Source of the DNA: Gammaproteobacteria bacterium
Lineage (GTDB): Bacteria; Pseudomonadota; Gammaproteobacteria; JABDGN01
Reading direction: 5' to 3'
NCBI GenBank assembly: GCA_009692385.1
Contig: SHZH01000001.1
Span: 1-49,139 of the forward strand
DNA: 49,139 nucleotides
A program made the position numbers and the translations under genes. The notes beneath the pieces are model-generated. The model was not told the DNA's origin, ran no database searches, and worked only from the letters and a program-made list of their open reading frames with translations. Below, piece after piece: positions 16,474 to 24,674 of the stretch (positions within the stretch are counted from its first letter, which is position 1; every line of letters begins with the position of its first letter).

Positions 16474-17295
16474 TTATTGGGGATTTTTGGAGGTGGCGGG
16501 TACGCTAAATTTTTGCAGATCCTCCAGCCGCAGCGCCGTCAACGATTCTCCCCAAACACAACCCGTGTCGAGCGCGAAAACATTGGGCGCATCTGCTTTA
16601 CCTTGCAGTGCCGCCCAGTGACCAAAGATAATCCGATTTTGCTGGGTTTTCCGAGCTGGCATTTTGAACCACGGGAGCATATCAGCCGGTGCGCCAGCAA
16701 GCTCGCCCTTATAATTTAAATCTAGACAGCCATCTTTCGTACAAAAGCGCATCCGCGTAAAGTAATTGATAATGCAGCGCCAACGAGCGACTCCCGTTAA
16801 ACTGTCATCCCAACATGCCGGTTCATTGCCATAGATCTGTTCTAGCAACTCACTGTCGGTAGTTTGCAACTGTGCTTCAACTTCGTGTGCCAAATTCTGA
16901 GCGGTGCTGAGATCCCATTGCGGCGCAATACCCGCATGGACCAGCACAAAATTTAAGTGCGGATCGTCGTGTAATAAGGGCTGCTGACGTAACCAGGTGA
17001 GTAACTCATCCCGATCCGGTGCCTGTAAAATCTCATCTAACGTATCCCCTTCACTAATACGTCGATTTGCATACGCTACCGCTAATAAATGCAGATCATG
17101 GTTGCCTAATACCGTGATAGCGTTAGTTCCTAAGCGTTTAACAAAACGTAGGCATTCTAAAGATTTGGAACCGCGATTAACTAAATCACCGGTGAACCAC
17201 AGGGTATCTTGCGCAGGATCAAATTTAATTTTGTCGAGCAAGCACTGTAACTCATCGTAACAGCCTTGTAGATCACCGATGGCATAGGTGCTCAT
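16474..17295 (-). CDS. apaH: Bis(5'-nucleosyl)-tetraphosphatase (symmetrical)
   Basis: Metallophosphatase motifs GDLQGC, GDLVNRG, GNHD and VHAG. ATGA overlap with the rsmA stop. Confidence 0.9.
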   Translation of the reverse strand: MSTYAIGDLQGCYDELQCLLDKIKFDPAQDTLWFTGDLVNRGSKSLECLRFVKRLGTNAITVLGNHDLHLLAVAYANRRISEGDTLDEILQAPDRDELLTWLRQQPLLHDDPHLNFVLVHAGIAPQWDLSTAQNLAHEVEAQLQTTDSELLEQIYGNEPACWDDSLTGVARWRCIINYFTRMRFCTKDGCLDLNYKGELAGAPADMLPWFKMPARKTQQNRIIFGHWAALQGKADAPNVFALDTGCVWGESLTALRLEDLQKFSVPATSKNPQ

Positions 17296-18059
17296 AAGGA
17301 ATTCGTTAATTTAACATATTGCTCAACACGGATGGTTTCCGCTCGCGCATGCGGATCGATACCCACTGCTTCCAACTGTTCAACAGTAGCTAAACCTTTT
17401 AGCGTATTACGCAACATTTTGCGGCGTTGATTAAAAGCAGTTCGTACTAGCTGAGAAAATAGTTTCTCATCATGCGCCCGTTCAATTTGCATCGCTGTTT
17501 TTGGCACTAAACGTACCACTGCCGAAGTCACTTTGGGCGCGGGTGTAAACGCACTCGCTGGTACAATGAGTAAGGGGATCACATCACAATAATATTGCAC
17601 CATAACAGACAAACGACCATAATGTTCGGTATCCGGCTCGGCGGCCATGCGTTCGACCACTTCGAGTTGTAACATGAAATGCATATCTTGAATGCTAGCA
17701 ATAAAATCGAACAAATGAAAAATGAGCGGCGTTGAAATATTGTACGGGAGATTTCCCACGATCCGTAATGGCTTTGCTTGTAACTGATTAAAATCAAATT
17801 TAAGCACATCAGCTGAATAGATCGTTAGTTTATTAGCTTGATTAGCGTCTTGTAGAACTTGCACTAAATCGCGATCGATTTCGATCACATCGAGATGCTG
17901 TAAATACGGTAACATGGCGAAGGTTAACGCCCCCAGGCCGGGACCAATCTCGACGCAATGATCGCGGGATTGTAATTGCAAATTGGCAACAATTTCTTGA
18001 ATAATGCCAGCATCGTGCAGAAAATTTTGACCAAATCGTTTGCGGGCTTTATGCTCCAT
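17292..18059 (-). CDS. rsmA: 16S rRNA (adenine1518/1519-N6)-dimethyltransferase RsmA (KsgA)
   Basis: Motifs FGQNFL, EIGPGLGALT and NLPYNIS. The start was taken at MEHKARKRFGQNFL, which overlaps the pdxY stop by 11 nt. Confidence 0.9.
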   Translation of the reverse strand: MEHKARKRFGQNFLHDAGIIQEIVANLQLQSRDHCVEIGPGLGALTFAMLPYLQHLDVIEIDRDLVQVLQDANQANKLTIYSADVLKFDFNQLQAKPLRIVGNLPYNISTPLIFHLFDFIASIQDMHFMLQLEVVERMAAEPDTEHYGRLSVMVQYYCDVIPLLIVPASAFTPAPKVTSAVVRLVPKTAMQIERAHDEKLFSQLVRTAFNQRRKMLRNTLKGLATVEQLEAVGIDPHARAETIRVEQYVKLTNSL

Positions 18060-18933
18060 CGTTTTCGTCCAATACGACGCGTTCTGCGCTAAATAATTCG
18101 TCGGGATCGACCATGTCATCTTGCGCTGCAATCATTTGTAATTCGTAGGTGCCGGCATTATGTGTTGCTTTAAACAAGGCATACATTGCAGCAGTGACTT
18201 GCTCTAACGCTTGAACCGGATCACGGTGTTGCAAATAATGTGCTAAAAAAATGGCGGCGGTGGCATCACCTGAACCAGAAGGTGCTTTTTTGAAATAGAG
18301 ACGCGGGGTGCGAGTCACCCATGCGCCTTGGGGAGTGCTGACCAACATTTCAATAAATTCAGGTGGAACATTCGCGCACGTTAGACTTGTTACTAAAATA
18401 ATTTTGGGTCCTCGCGCGTGCAGTATTTGACACGCAGCTAATACATTTTCTAATGAGTCAAGATGCAAGGTATCAGTTAAATAGGCTAATTCAAATTGGT
18501 TTGGCGTTAAGATATCGGCATGTTGGATCACGTGATGTTTAATAAATTGCGCGACGTCCGGTTTAACATATACATCACGATCCACATCACCGATCACTGG
18601 ATCGCAACAATACACTAGGGTGGGACGTTCTTGTTTTAAACGTTGCACCGTTTTTACAATAATTTCACCCAGTTCGGCGGAGCCTTGATAACCCGATAAG
18701 AGAGCACTCATATTCGATAAAGCACCATTTTCCCACAAGCCATCCAACACATTTTGAATATGCGCTGCTGAAAAAATATCGCCGGTCCATACGCCATAAC
18801 CGGTGTGATTAGAAAATTGTACCGTGTTGATCACGCTAACGTCGTAACCTAAACGCTGTAAGGGAAACACAGCGGCACGATTACCAACGTAGCCGTAAGC
18901 AACATGCGATTGAATTGATAAAATTGATTTCAT
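18049..18933 (-). CDS. pdxY: Pyridoxal/pyridoxamine kinase (PdxY-like)
   Basis: Colinear with E. coli PdxY as recalled (SIQSHVAYGYVGN, NTVQFSNHTGYG, LSGY.GSAE, CDPV.GD, ELQ..AAQD). The start at MKSILSIQ is preferred; the two upstream Met codons fall inside a repeat element. Confidence 0.85.
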   Translation of the reverse strand: MKSILSIQSHVAYGYVGNRAAVFPLQRLGYDVSVINTVQFSNHTGYGVWTGDIFSAAHIQNVLDGLWENGALSNMSALLSGYQGSAELGEIIVKTVQRLKQERPTLVYCCDPVIGDVDRDVYVKPDVAQFIKHHVIQHADILTPNQFELAYLTDTLHLDSLENVLAACQILHARGPKIILVTSLTCANVPPEFIEMLVSTPQGAWVTRTPRLYFKKAPSGSGDATAAIFLAHYLQHRDPVQALEQVTAAMYALFKATHNAGTYELQMIAAQDDMVDPDELFSAERVVLDENDGA

Positions 18934-18940
18934 GTTTTTC

Positions 18941-18983
18941 CCCATCACCCTAACCTCTCCCGTAAACGGGAGAGGGGAAGTGG
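18941..18983. repeat. GC-rich palindromic repeat family member between surA and pdxY
   Basis: CATCACCCTAA followed by the perfect hairpin CCTCTCCCG-taaa-CGGGAGAGG (18954-18975). Confidence 0.5.
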
Positions 18984-18993
18984 TATTGTTTCT

Positions 18994-20004
18994 TTAATTG
19001 AGTGGAGCAGGCAAGGGCGCTGCGGTGTACAGCACATCAATATAGGCCGCTGCACGTAATTCTTCGAGCCACTCTTGCTGTTTATCCATTAATTTTCGCT
19101 CAAAAATCATCTGGGTGACTTTTTGTTTAAGCTGTTCAGAATTTTCGCTGGCAGCCTGACCACGCACCGCCACTAATTTAAGAATATGAAAACCATTGGC
19201 GCTTTGGATGGGCCCGACTACTTCATTCGGTTTCATTTTCACCACTTTATCAGCAAAAATGGCGGGCAATTCATTCGCTGTTTTCCAACCCATGTCACCC
19301 CCGTTAAATGCTTGTTGATCACCTGATTGAGCTGCGGCTAAGGTTCTAAAATCAGTGCCTTGATTTAATTGCTGCACAATTTCATCGGCTTTTTCCCGTG
19401 CTGCGTTGACTTGTGCGGGGGTGGGTGTGTCGGCTACCGGAACTAAAATATGTTGCAAATGATACTGATTATTGCCACCCTCTTGACTTGTTGCCAGTTG
19501 CATACCGGTTTGCACTTCTTGTGGCGTTACAGTAATTTGTGGAGCGATGGTGGCTTTTAACAATTTGTCATCAATAATTTGTTGCTTCAATTGATTAATA
19601 AATTGCTCTTCGGGAATGCCTTGTTGTTTAACCGCTTCACGCAACTGTGCGGGTGTCATATTTTGTTGCTGCGCGATCAATTGGACCATCTTAGTCACAT
19701 CTTCCGTCGTCACTGTAATATCCATACGCACGGCAATTTGCTGCTGTAATTCTTGGTTGATCAGCATCTGCAACACTTGATTACTCAATACATCTTCAGG
19801 AGGTACCTGAATTTTTTGTTGTTCCAATTGTTGGATAACTTGTGCGATGCGCGCTTGCAATTGAGAAAGGGTAATAACCGTGTTATTGACTACGGCGGCC
19901 ATGCCATCGATTTGTGTCGGCGCGGCCTGCGCCGATGTAAACAACATGACGGTCAATATAGTGGTAATTAAAATAGTAAAGACCGAATGAGTGAATTGTT
20001 TCAT
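18994..20004 (-). CDS. surA: Periplasmic chaperone/peptidyl-prolyl isomerase SurA (single parvulin domain)
   Basis: Signal peptide MKQFTHSVFTILITTILTVMLFTSAQA, a SurA N-domain and one rotamase domain (GGDMGW, GFHILKL). At about 336 aa it is shorter than the two-parvulin E. coli SurA. Confidence 0.8.
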   Translation of the reverse strand: MKQFTHSVFTILITTILTVMLFTSAQAAPTQIDGMAAVVNNTVITLSQLQARIAQVIQQLEQQKIQVPPEDVLSNQVLQMLINQELQQQIAVRMDITVTTEDVTKMVQLIAQQQNMTPAQLREAVKQQGIPEEQFINQLKQQIIDDKLLKATIAPQITVTPQEVQTGMQLATSQEGGNNQYHLQHILVPVADTPTPAQVNAAREKADEIVQQLNQGTDFRTLAAAQSGDQQAFNGGDMGWKTANELPAIFADKVVKMKPNEVVGPIQSANGFHILKLVAVRGQAASENSEQLKQKVTQMIFERKLMDKQQEWLEELRAAAYIDVLYTAAPLPAPLN

Positions 20005-20108
20005 CGTGATTAACCTGCGAATTTTTGAACAGCCAGTATATACCAAGATAAGCTTGCCGGGTATAAAAAGTCTTGTCCAATGCAAGATGAGCCTGAAGAA
20101 GGGTTCAT

Positions 20109-20807
20109 CTAATGCTTGGGTTTCAGTAAGATGGCATGATAATTATTTTTGCGTAAGGTCATTTGTGCGCTGAGCGCATCATCCATGGTTTTGTAAGGTC
20201 CAACTTGAATGCGATACCACAGTACATCACTGGCGTAAATTTTAATGGTTTGCACACTGAAGCCATCCGTTTTTAATTTGCTGCTAATACCGTCAGCATC
20301 ATTGGGATCACGCACAGAAACGACTTGAACGATATAACCATTGCTGGCAGGTGCTGACACGGCTGACTGATTAGTCGGTAACGTGACGGTTGGTTTTAAG
20401 GTGGCTGGCTTCGGAGCAGAAATAACGGGCGCGGCGGTTTTTGGTGCATTAGTAGGAGTAGCCACAGCATTACTCTTTTCAACTGCAGCGCTCGTATCCA
20501 CTACTTTTTCATTGGGCAGAATATTATAGAACTCGAATTTTATTTCAGGAGGTTGCGCTGGGGCATCACTGTTTGCAGCCGTTGTAGTATCGGCATGAGT
20601 CTTCACATTTTTTTCTTTTTTTGTCTTTTTAGTTTCAACGACAATAGCCACATTATTTTTGGCGAGTTTGCGTTGCGAGATCTTATAAAAGCCGGCAATT
20701 AATAACACAATCACGACAATAGCCACCACAGCAATAACCACTGGTTTGTGATCACGCCCGTGTATAACTTTTTTATTACTGCTGTAAGATTTATAATCGC
20801 GAGCCAT
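20109..20807 (-). CDS. SPOR-domain membrane protein (FtsN/DedD-like)
   Basis: N-terminal TM helix, a low-complexity Ala/Pro/Thr linker and a C-terminal SPOR-like domain (YIVQVVSV...WYRIQVGPY). It follows argS, as in Pseudomonas. Confidence 0.7.
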   Translation of the reverse strand: MARDYKSYSSNKKVIHGRDHKPVVIAVVAIVVIVLLIAGFYKISQRKLAKNNVAIVVETKKTKKEKNVKTHADTTTAANSDAPAQPPEIKFEFYNILPNEKVVDTSAAVEKSNAVATPTNAPKTAAPVISAPKPATLKPTVTLPTNQSAVSAPASNGYIVQVVSVRDPNDADGISSKLKTDGFSVQTIKIYASDVLWYRIQVGPYKTMDDALSAQMTLRKNNYHAILLKPKH

Positions 20808-20823
20808 TTATCTTTATCCTACA

Positions 20824-22575
20824 TTACATGGATCCAGGAGCGTTAACTCCTAATAAGCTTAGACCATTTGCTAATACTTGCTTTACTGCACAGATCAGGT
20901 TGAGACGTGCGGCGCGTAAATTGGCATCTTCAACTAAGAACTGATGACCATTGTAATAGGCATGCAGGTCGTTGGCTAGCTCGCGGAGATAATAAGCCAG
21001 CAGATGCGGTTCATAATGGCGAGCCGCATTTTCTAGCACTTCGGGATACTGGCTTAATTTTTTAATAAGTTGCTGTTCCGCAGGTTCTACTAATGATCCG
21101 ACATGCTCTAAACCTTGTTTACACTGCCACTCAAAACCTTTTTCGATTAGCTGACGCAATACGCTGCAGATGCGCGCATGGGCATATTGAATATAAAACA
21201 CGGGGTTTTCATTGGATTTCGACTTGGCTAATTCTAAATCAAAATCCATGTGTTGATCGGCCTTACGCATCACGTAGAAAAAACGTGCCGCATCATTGCC
21301 AATTTCTTTACGTAATTCGCGTAAGGTAATGAATTCTCCAGCACGGGTTGACATTGCTACTTTTTCTTCTCCGCGATAGAGCGTAACAAACTGGATCAAA
21401 CTGACGGTTAATGTGTCACTATTACCTGTTAAGGCGCTCATCACGGCACGGATGCGTGGTATATAGCCATGATGATCTGAGCCCAATACATCAACAATAT
21501 GATCAAAGCCTCGTTCTAGCTTATTTAAATGATAGGCGATATCGGAGGCAAAATATGTAGTTTGCCCATTGGCACGCACAAGTACGCGATCTTTATCATC
21601 ACCAAACTCTGTACTTTTGAACCACGTTGCACCTTCTTTTTTATCAATAAATCCTTTTGATTCTAATACTTCGATGGCATGTTTAACGGCACCGCTGTCG
21701 ATCAATTTTTTTTCTGAGAACCATTCATCGTATTTAACACCATATTCAAGTAAATCATCACGAATGTCATCTAAAATGCTGTCTAAAGCAATTTTAAACA
21801 TCGCTTGATAATCAGCACCTAATAATTTTTTAGCGTTATCAATTAATGCATCAATATGCGCTTCTTGGTTTTCAATTGAATCATCAGGAACATGGGTAAC
21901 AACTTGTTGTTGAGTACGCACTAAAGCCGTACCGAATTTTTGCTTTATTTGGCTAGCGATGTCATTAATATACTCGCCTTTATACGCATTATTGGGAAAC
22001 TGCAACGCGATCCCGCAACTCTGTAAATAACGTACCCAAACACTAACCGCGAGAATATCCATCTGCCGGCCCGCATCGTTGATATAATATTCTCGATGTA
22101 CTTGATAACCAATGGCTTCTAATAAATTAGCGACACTCGCACCATAGGCGGGATGACGACCGTGACCCACATGCAGTGGGCCGGTCGGATTTGCTGAAAC
22201 ATATTCGATATGAATTTTTTTGCCTTGGCCCAAATGACTACGCCCAAAATCTTTACCTAACTGTAAGATATTTTGCACTACGCTAAGTTGAGCATCAGCA
22301 GCAAGGAAAAAATTAATGAAGCCCGGACCGGCAATTTCAACTTTCGTCACCGCTGCGCAGACGGGTAACGCAGCAACAATTTTTTCAGCTAAAGCGCGCG
22401 GAGCACACTTTGCTGCCTTACCTAATAGCATCGCAATATTGCAGGCAAAATCGCCATGCGTTGGATCACGCGTTTGTTCGATATGGACAGCCGGGAACGC
22501 ATCGATACCCAACGCGCCTTTTTTTTGTAGCGCCTCAAGCGCGGTCAGCACTAAATCATGTAGTTGTTTTTTCAT
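20824..22575 (-). CDS. argS: Arginine--tRNA ligase
   Basis: 583 aa. The HIGH-type motif reads [13 protein letters not shown], and the anticodon-binding C-terminus is present. Confidence 0.95.
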   Translation of the reverse strand: MKKQLHDLVLTALEALQKKGALGIDAFPAVHIEQTRDPTHGDFACNIAMLLGKAAKCAPRALAEKIVAALPVCAAVTKVEIAGPGFINFFLAADAQLSVVQNILQLGKDFGRSHLGQGKKIHIEYVSANPTGPLHVGHGRHPAYGASVANLLEAIGYQVHREYYINDAGRQMDILAVSVWVRYLQSCGIALQFPNNAYKGEYINDIASQIKQKFGTALVRTQQQVVTHVPDDSIENQEAHIDALIDNAKKLLGADYQAMFKIALDSILDDIRDDLLEYGVKYDEWFSEKKLIDSGAVKHAIEVLESKGFIDKKEGATWFKSTEFGDDKDRVLVRANGQTTYFASDIAYHLNKLERGFDHIVDVLGSDHHGYIPRIRAVMSALTGNSDTLTVSLIQFVTLYRGEEKVAMSTRAGEFITLRELRKEIGNDAARFFYVMRKADQHMDFDLELAKSKSNENPVFYIQYAHARICSVLRQLIEKGFEWQCKQGLEHVGSLVEPAEQQLIKKLSQYPEVLENAARHYEPHLLAYYLRELANDLHAYYNGHQFLVEDANLRAARLNLICAVKQVLANGLSLLGVNAPGSM

Positions 22576-22708
22576 ACTAGTTCACAAATTAAAACGACTA
22601 TTAGAATAACGTCAAATATGCATTTTGTAAACGTAAACTCTTATTTTACGCAAGAAAATCTTCCTTTTTTTGCGTAGCACTGTATAATTAGGATTAAGAG
22701 TAAAATTT

Positions 22709-22879
22709 ATGAAAAAATATCAATGCCTTGCTTGTGGCTTTATTTATGATGAAGCCGAAGGCTGGCCAGAGGACAATATCCTTCCTGGCACACGCTGGAA
22801 TGACGTTCCGGATGATTGGTGTTGCCCCGAGTGCGGGGTCACTAAAGATGACTTCAAAATGATTGAAATTTTTAATTAA
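22709..22879 (+). CDS. Rubredoxin
   Basis: Hand-translated 56-aa ORF absent from the track: [56 protein letters not shown], with CxxCG and CPxCG motifs. The minus-strand track ORF at 22694-22882 is its antisense artefact. Confidence 0.9.
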   Translation: MKKYQCLACGFIYDEAEGWPEDNILPGTRWNDVPDDWCCPECGVTKDDFKMIEIFN

Positions 22880-22893
22880 CATGCAGGCTTGAA

Positions 22894-23886
22894 ATGTATA
22901 CTACTCCCACCAACCCCATAATAATCGACGCGCAAAACGACATCATTCGTACTTACCTCGAGCCAGAATTAGATGGTTTATTAGAAGCTCATAATAAAGC
23001 ACGAATTGATTGGTTTCCGAGTGATTTACTGCCATCCTCTGAGCAAATGTCGGCCGCTGAAATCGAACAAGTTGCTGAGATCAAACAACAAAGTGCGAAA
23101 TTACCGGATGCGGCACGCATTGCCTTGGTACTCAATTTAATTACTGAAGAAGGCCTGCCTTCGTATCATCGCTTGTTGCATCAAGCGTTTGGTGACAAAT
23201 CCACTTGGAATATATGGCGTAACCAATGGACAGCCGAAGAAGATCGTCACGGTAATATTCTGCGTGATTATATGCGTGATTGTCGCATCGTTGATATGAA
23301 GCATGTTGAGAAATTGCAGTTTCAGTTTTTATCGGATGGTTGGATGCCCGAATGGGCCGGCGATCCCTATGCAACGATTGCCTATACGTCGTTTCAAGAA
23401 CGCGCGACTCAAGTGTCACACCGTAATTTAGGCAAATATGTACAAAAACTGACACCCAGTTTATCCCGAATTTTAGGACACATTGCTGGCGATGAATCGC
23501 GTCATTATAATTTTTATACGAGCTTGCTAAAAAAATTGTTGCAAGTTGATGTTGAAAAATGTTTACAAGCCATTTATACCACCTTAAAAACGTTCAAAAT
23601 GCCAGGTCACGATATTCCTGGCTTTAGTGATATGTCAATTACCGAACATGCGGTTGATATTTTTGGTCCAAAAGAATTTAGTGAAGTCATTAACGACGTA
23701 TTTACATTTATTGATTTTGATAAATTAAAAAATTTGAGCGCTCATTGTGAAGAACTGCGCGAGAAAATATTAGCCTATCCACCACGCCTACTAAGATTTC
23801 ATAATAAGCTAATTAATAAAGTAAAAGAAAAGGTGGGTGATTTTAATTTTGAGGCGATTTATCAGCGGAAAATTGTACTCGCCTAA
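22894..23886 (+). CDS. Soluble acyl-ACP desaturase (diiron, plant/mycobacterial DesA type)
   Basis: All four diiron ligand regions are recognisable: TEEGLPSYH, WTAEEDRHG, SFQERATQVSH and GDESRH. It lies 14 nt downstream of rubredoxin. Confidence 0.85.
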   Translation: MYTTPTNPIIIDAQNDIIRTYLEPELDGLLEAHNKARIDWFPSDLLPSSEQMSAAEIEQVAEIKQQSAKLPDAARIALVLNLITEEGLPSYHRLLHQAFGDKSTWNIWRNQWTAEEDRHGNILRDYMRDCRIVDMKHVEKLQFQFLSDGWMPEWAGDPYATIAYTSFQERATQVSHRNLGKYVQKLTPSLSRILGHIAGDESRHYNFYTSLLKKLLQVDVEKCLQAIYTTLKTFKMPGHDIPGFSDMSITEHAVDIFGPKEFSEVINDVFTFIDFDKLKNLSAHCEELREKILAYPPRLLRFHNKLINKVKEKVGDFNFEAIYQRKIVLA

Positions 23887-23888
23887 TA

Positions 23889-24395
23889 ATGACGTCTAAC
23901 ATTAAAACTATCGCTATTCTAGGTGGTGAATCGACGGGGAAAAGTACGCTTTCAGAAGCGCTCGCTAAAAAATTAAATACGGTTTTTACGACTGAGCATG
24001 GTCGCGACTTATGGCTTGAAAAAGAAGGCCAATTAGTATTTGAGGATTTATTACTCATCGGTGAAAAACAAATTGAGCTAGAAGATGAATTAGCGAAACG
24101 CGCTAATAAATATCTGATCTGCGATACCACACCCTTAACGACCTTATTTTATTCACTCGACTCTTTCGGTAAAACTGATCCGAAATTAACAAAATTAGCA
24201 AAACGTGAATACGATTATACTTTTTTATGTGAGCCTGATTTTCCGTTTGTGCAAGATGGGGCACGTACTGGTAATGAATTTAGAATGTTGCAAGATCGCT
24301 GGTATCGAGAAGAATTAGCGCAACGAAATATTAAATATTATGTGCTCGAAGGAACGCTTGAAAATCGAATCGCGAGAATTTTGGATATTTTGTAG
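23889..24395 (+). CDS. NadR C-terminal-like P-loop ATPase/kinase (AAA_28, ribosylnicotinamide-kinase-like)
   Basis: P-loop GGESTGKST, then CDTTPLTT and YDYTFLCEPDFPFVQDGAR, as in the NadR RNK domain. It starts 2 nt after the desaturase stop. Confidence 0.6.
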   Translation: MTSNIKTIAILGGESTGKSTLSEALAKKLNTVFTTEHGRDLWLEKEGQLVFEDLLLIGEKQIELEDELAKRANKYLICDTTPLTTLFYSLDSFGKTDPKLTKLAKREYDYTFLCEPDFPFVQDGARTGNEFRMLQDRWYREELAQRNIKYYVLEGTLENRIARILDIL

Positions 24396-24414
24396 GGGCA
24401 CGCTAGGCGTGCCC
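24396..24414. terminator. Hairpin GGGCACGC-tag-GCGTGCCC between convergent genes
   Basis: 8-bp GC-rich stem immediately after the ATPase stop codon. U-tracts are poor on both strands, so its role as a terminator is uncertain. Confidence 0.4.
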
Positions 24415-24429
24415 TTCCACTAGTAAACC

Positions 24430-24621
24430 TTACAAATATTTCTTAAAGTTCAATAATGCGTAGAATGCGCTCAAACCTATAAAAATATAAATTAAACGAG
24501 TTGTGATGGTGTCACTACCCCAAAAATAACTTAGCACATCGACACCAAACACACCGATTAAAAACCAGTTTAAACCACCGATAATTAATAGCACGATGAC
24601 GATAAAATTTAAAATTTTCAT
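24430..24621 (-). CDS. DUF378 small membrane protein
   Basis: 63 aa with two TM helices and the characteristic GGLNW.LIG..G.D motif. Confidence 0.7.
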   Translation of the reverse strand: MKILNFIVIVLLIIGGLNWFLIGVFGVDVLSYFWGSDTITTRLIYIFIGLSAFYALLNFKKYL

Positions 24622-24674
24622 GAATGTTCCCTTATTATTTAACTATCAAGTAGATTATAACCCATTTCTTTTGC

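Noticed and set aside
16246-16719. 157-aa plus-strand ORF spanning the potA start, the spacer and the apaH 3' end
   Set aside because: It crosses two confidently called minus-strand genes and an intergenic hairpin. The composition is not protein-like.
22694-22882. 62-aa minus-strand track ORF
   Set aside because: It is the antisense of a textbook rubredoxin ORF (CxxCG/CPxCG) on the plus strand.
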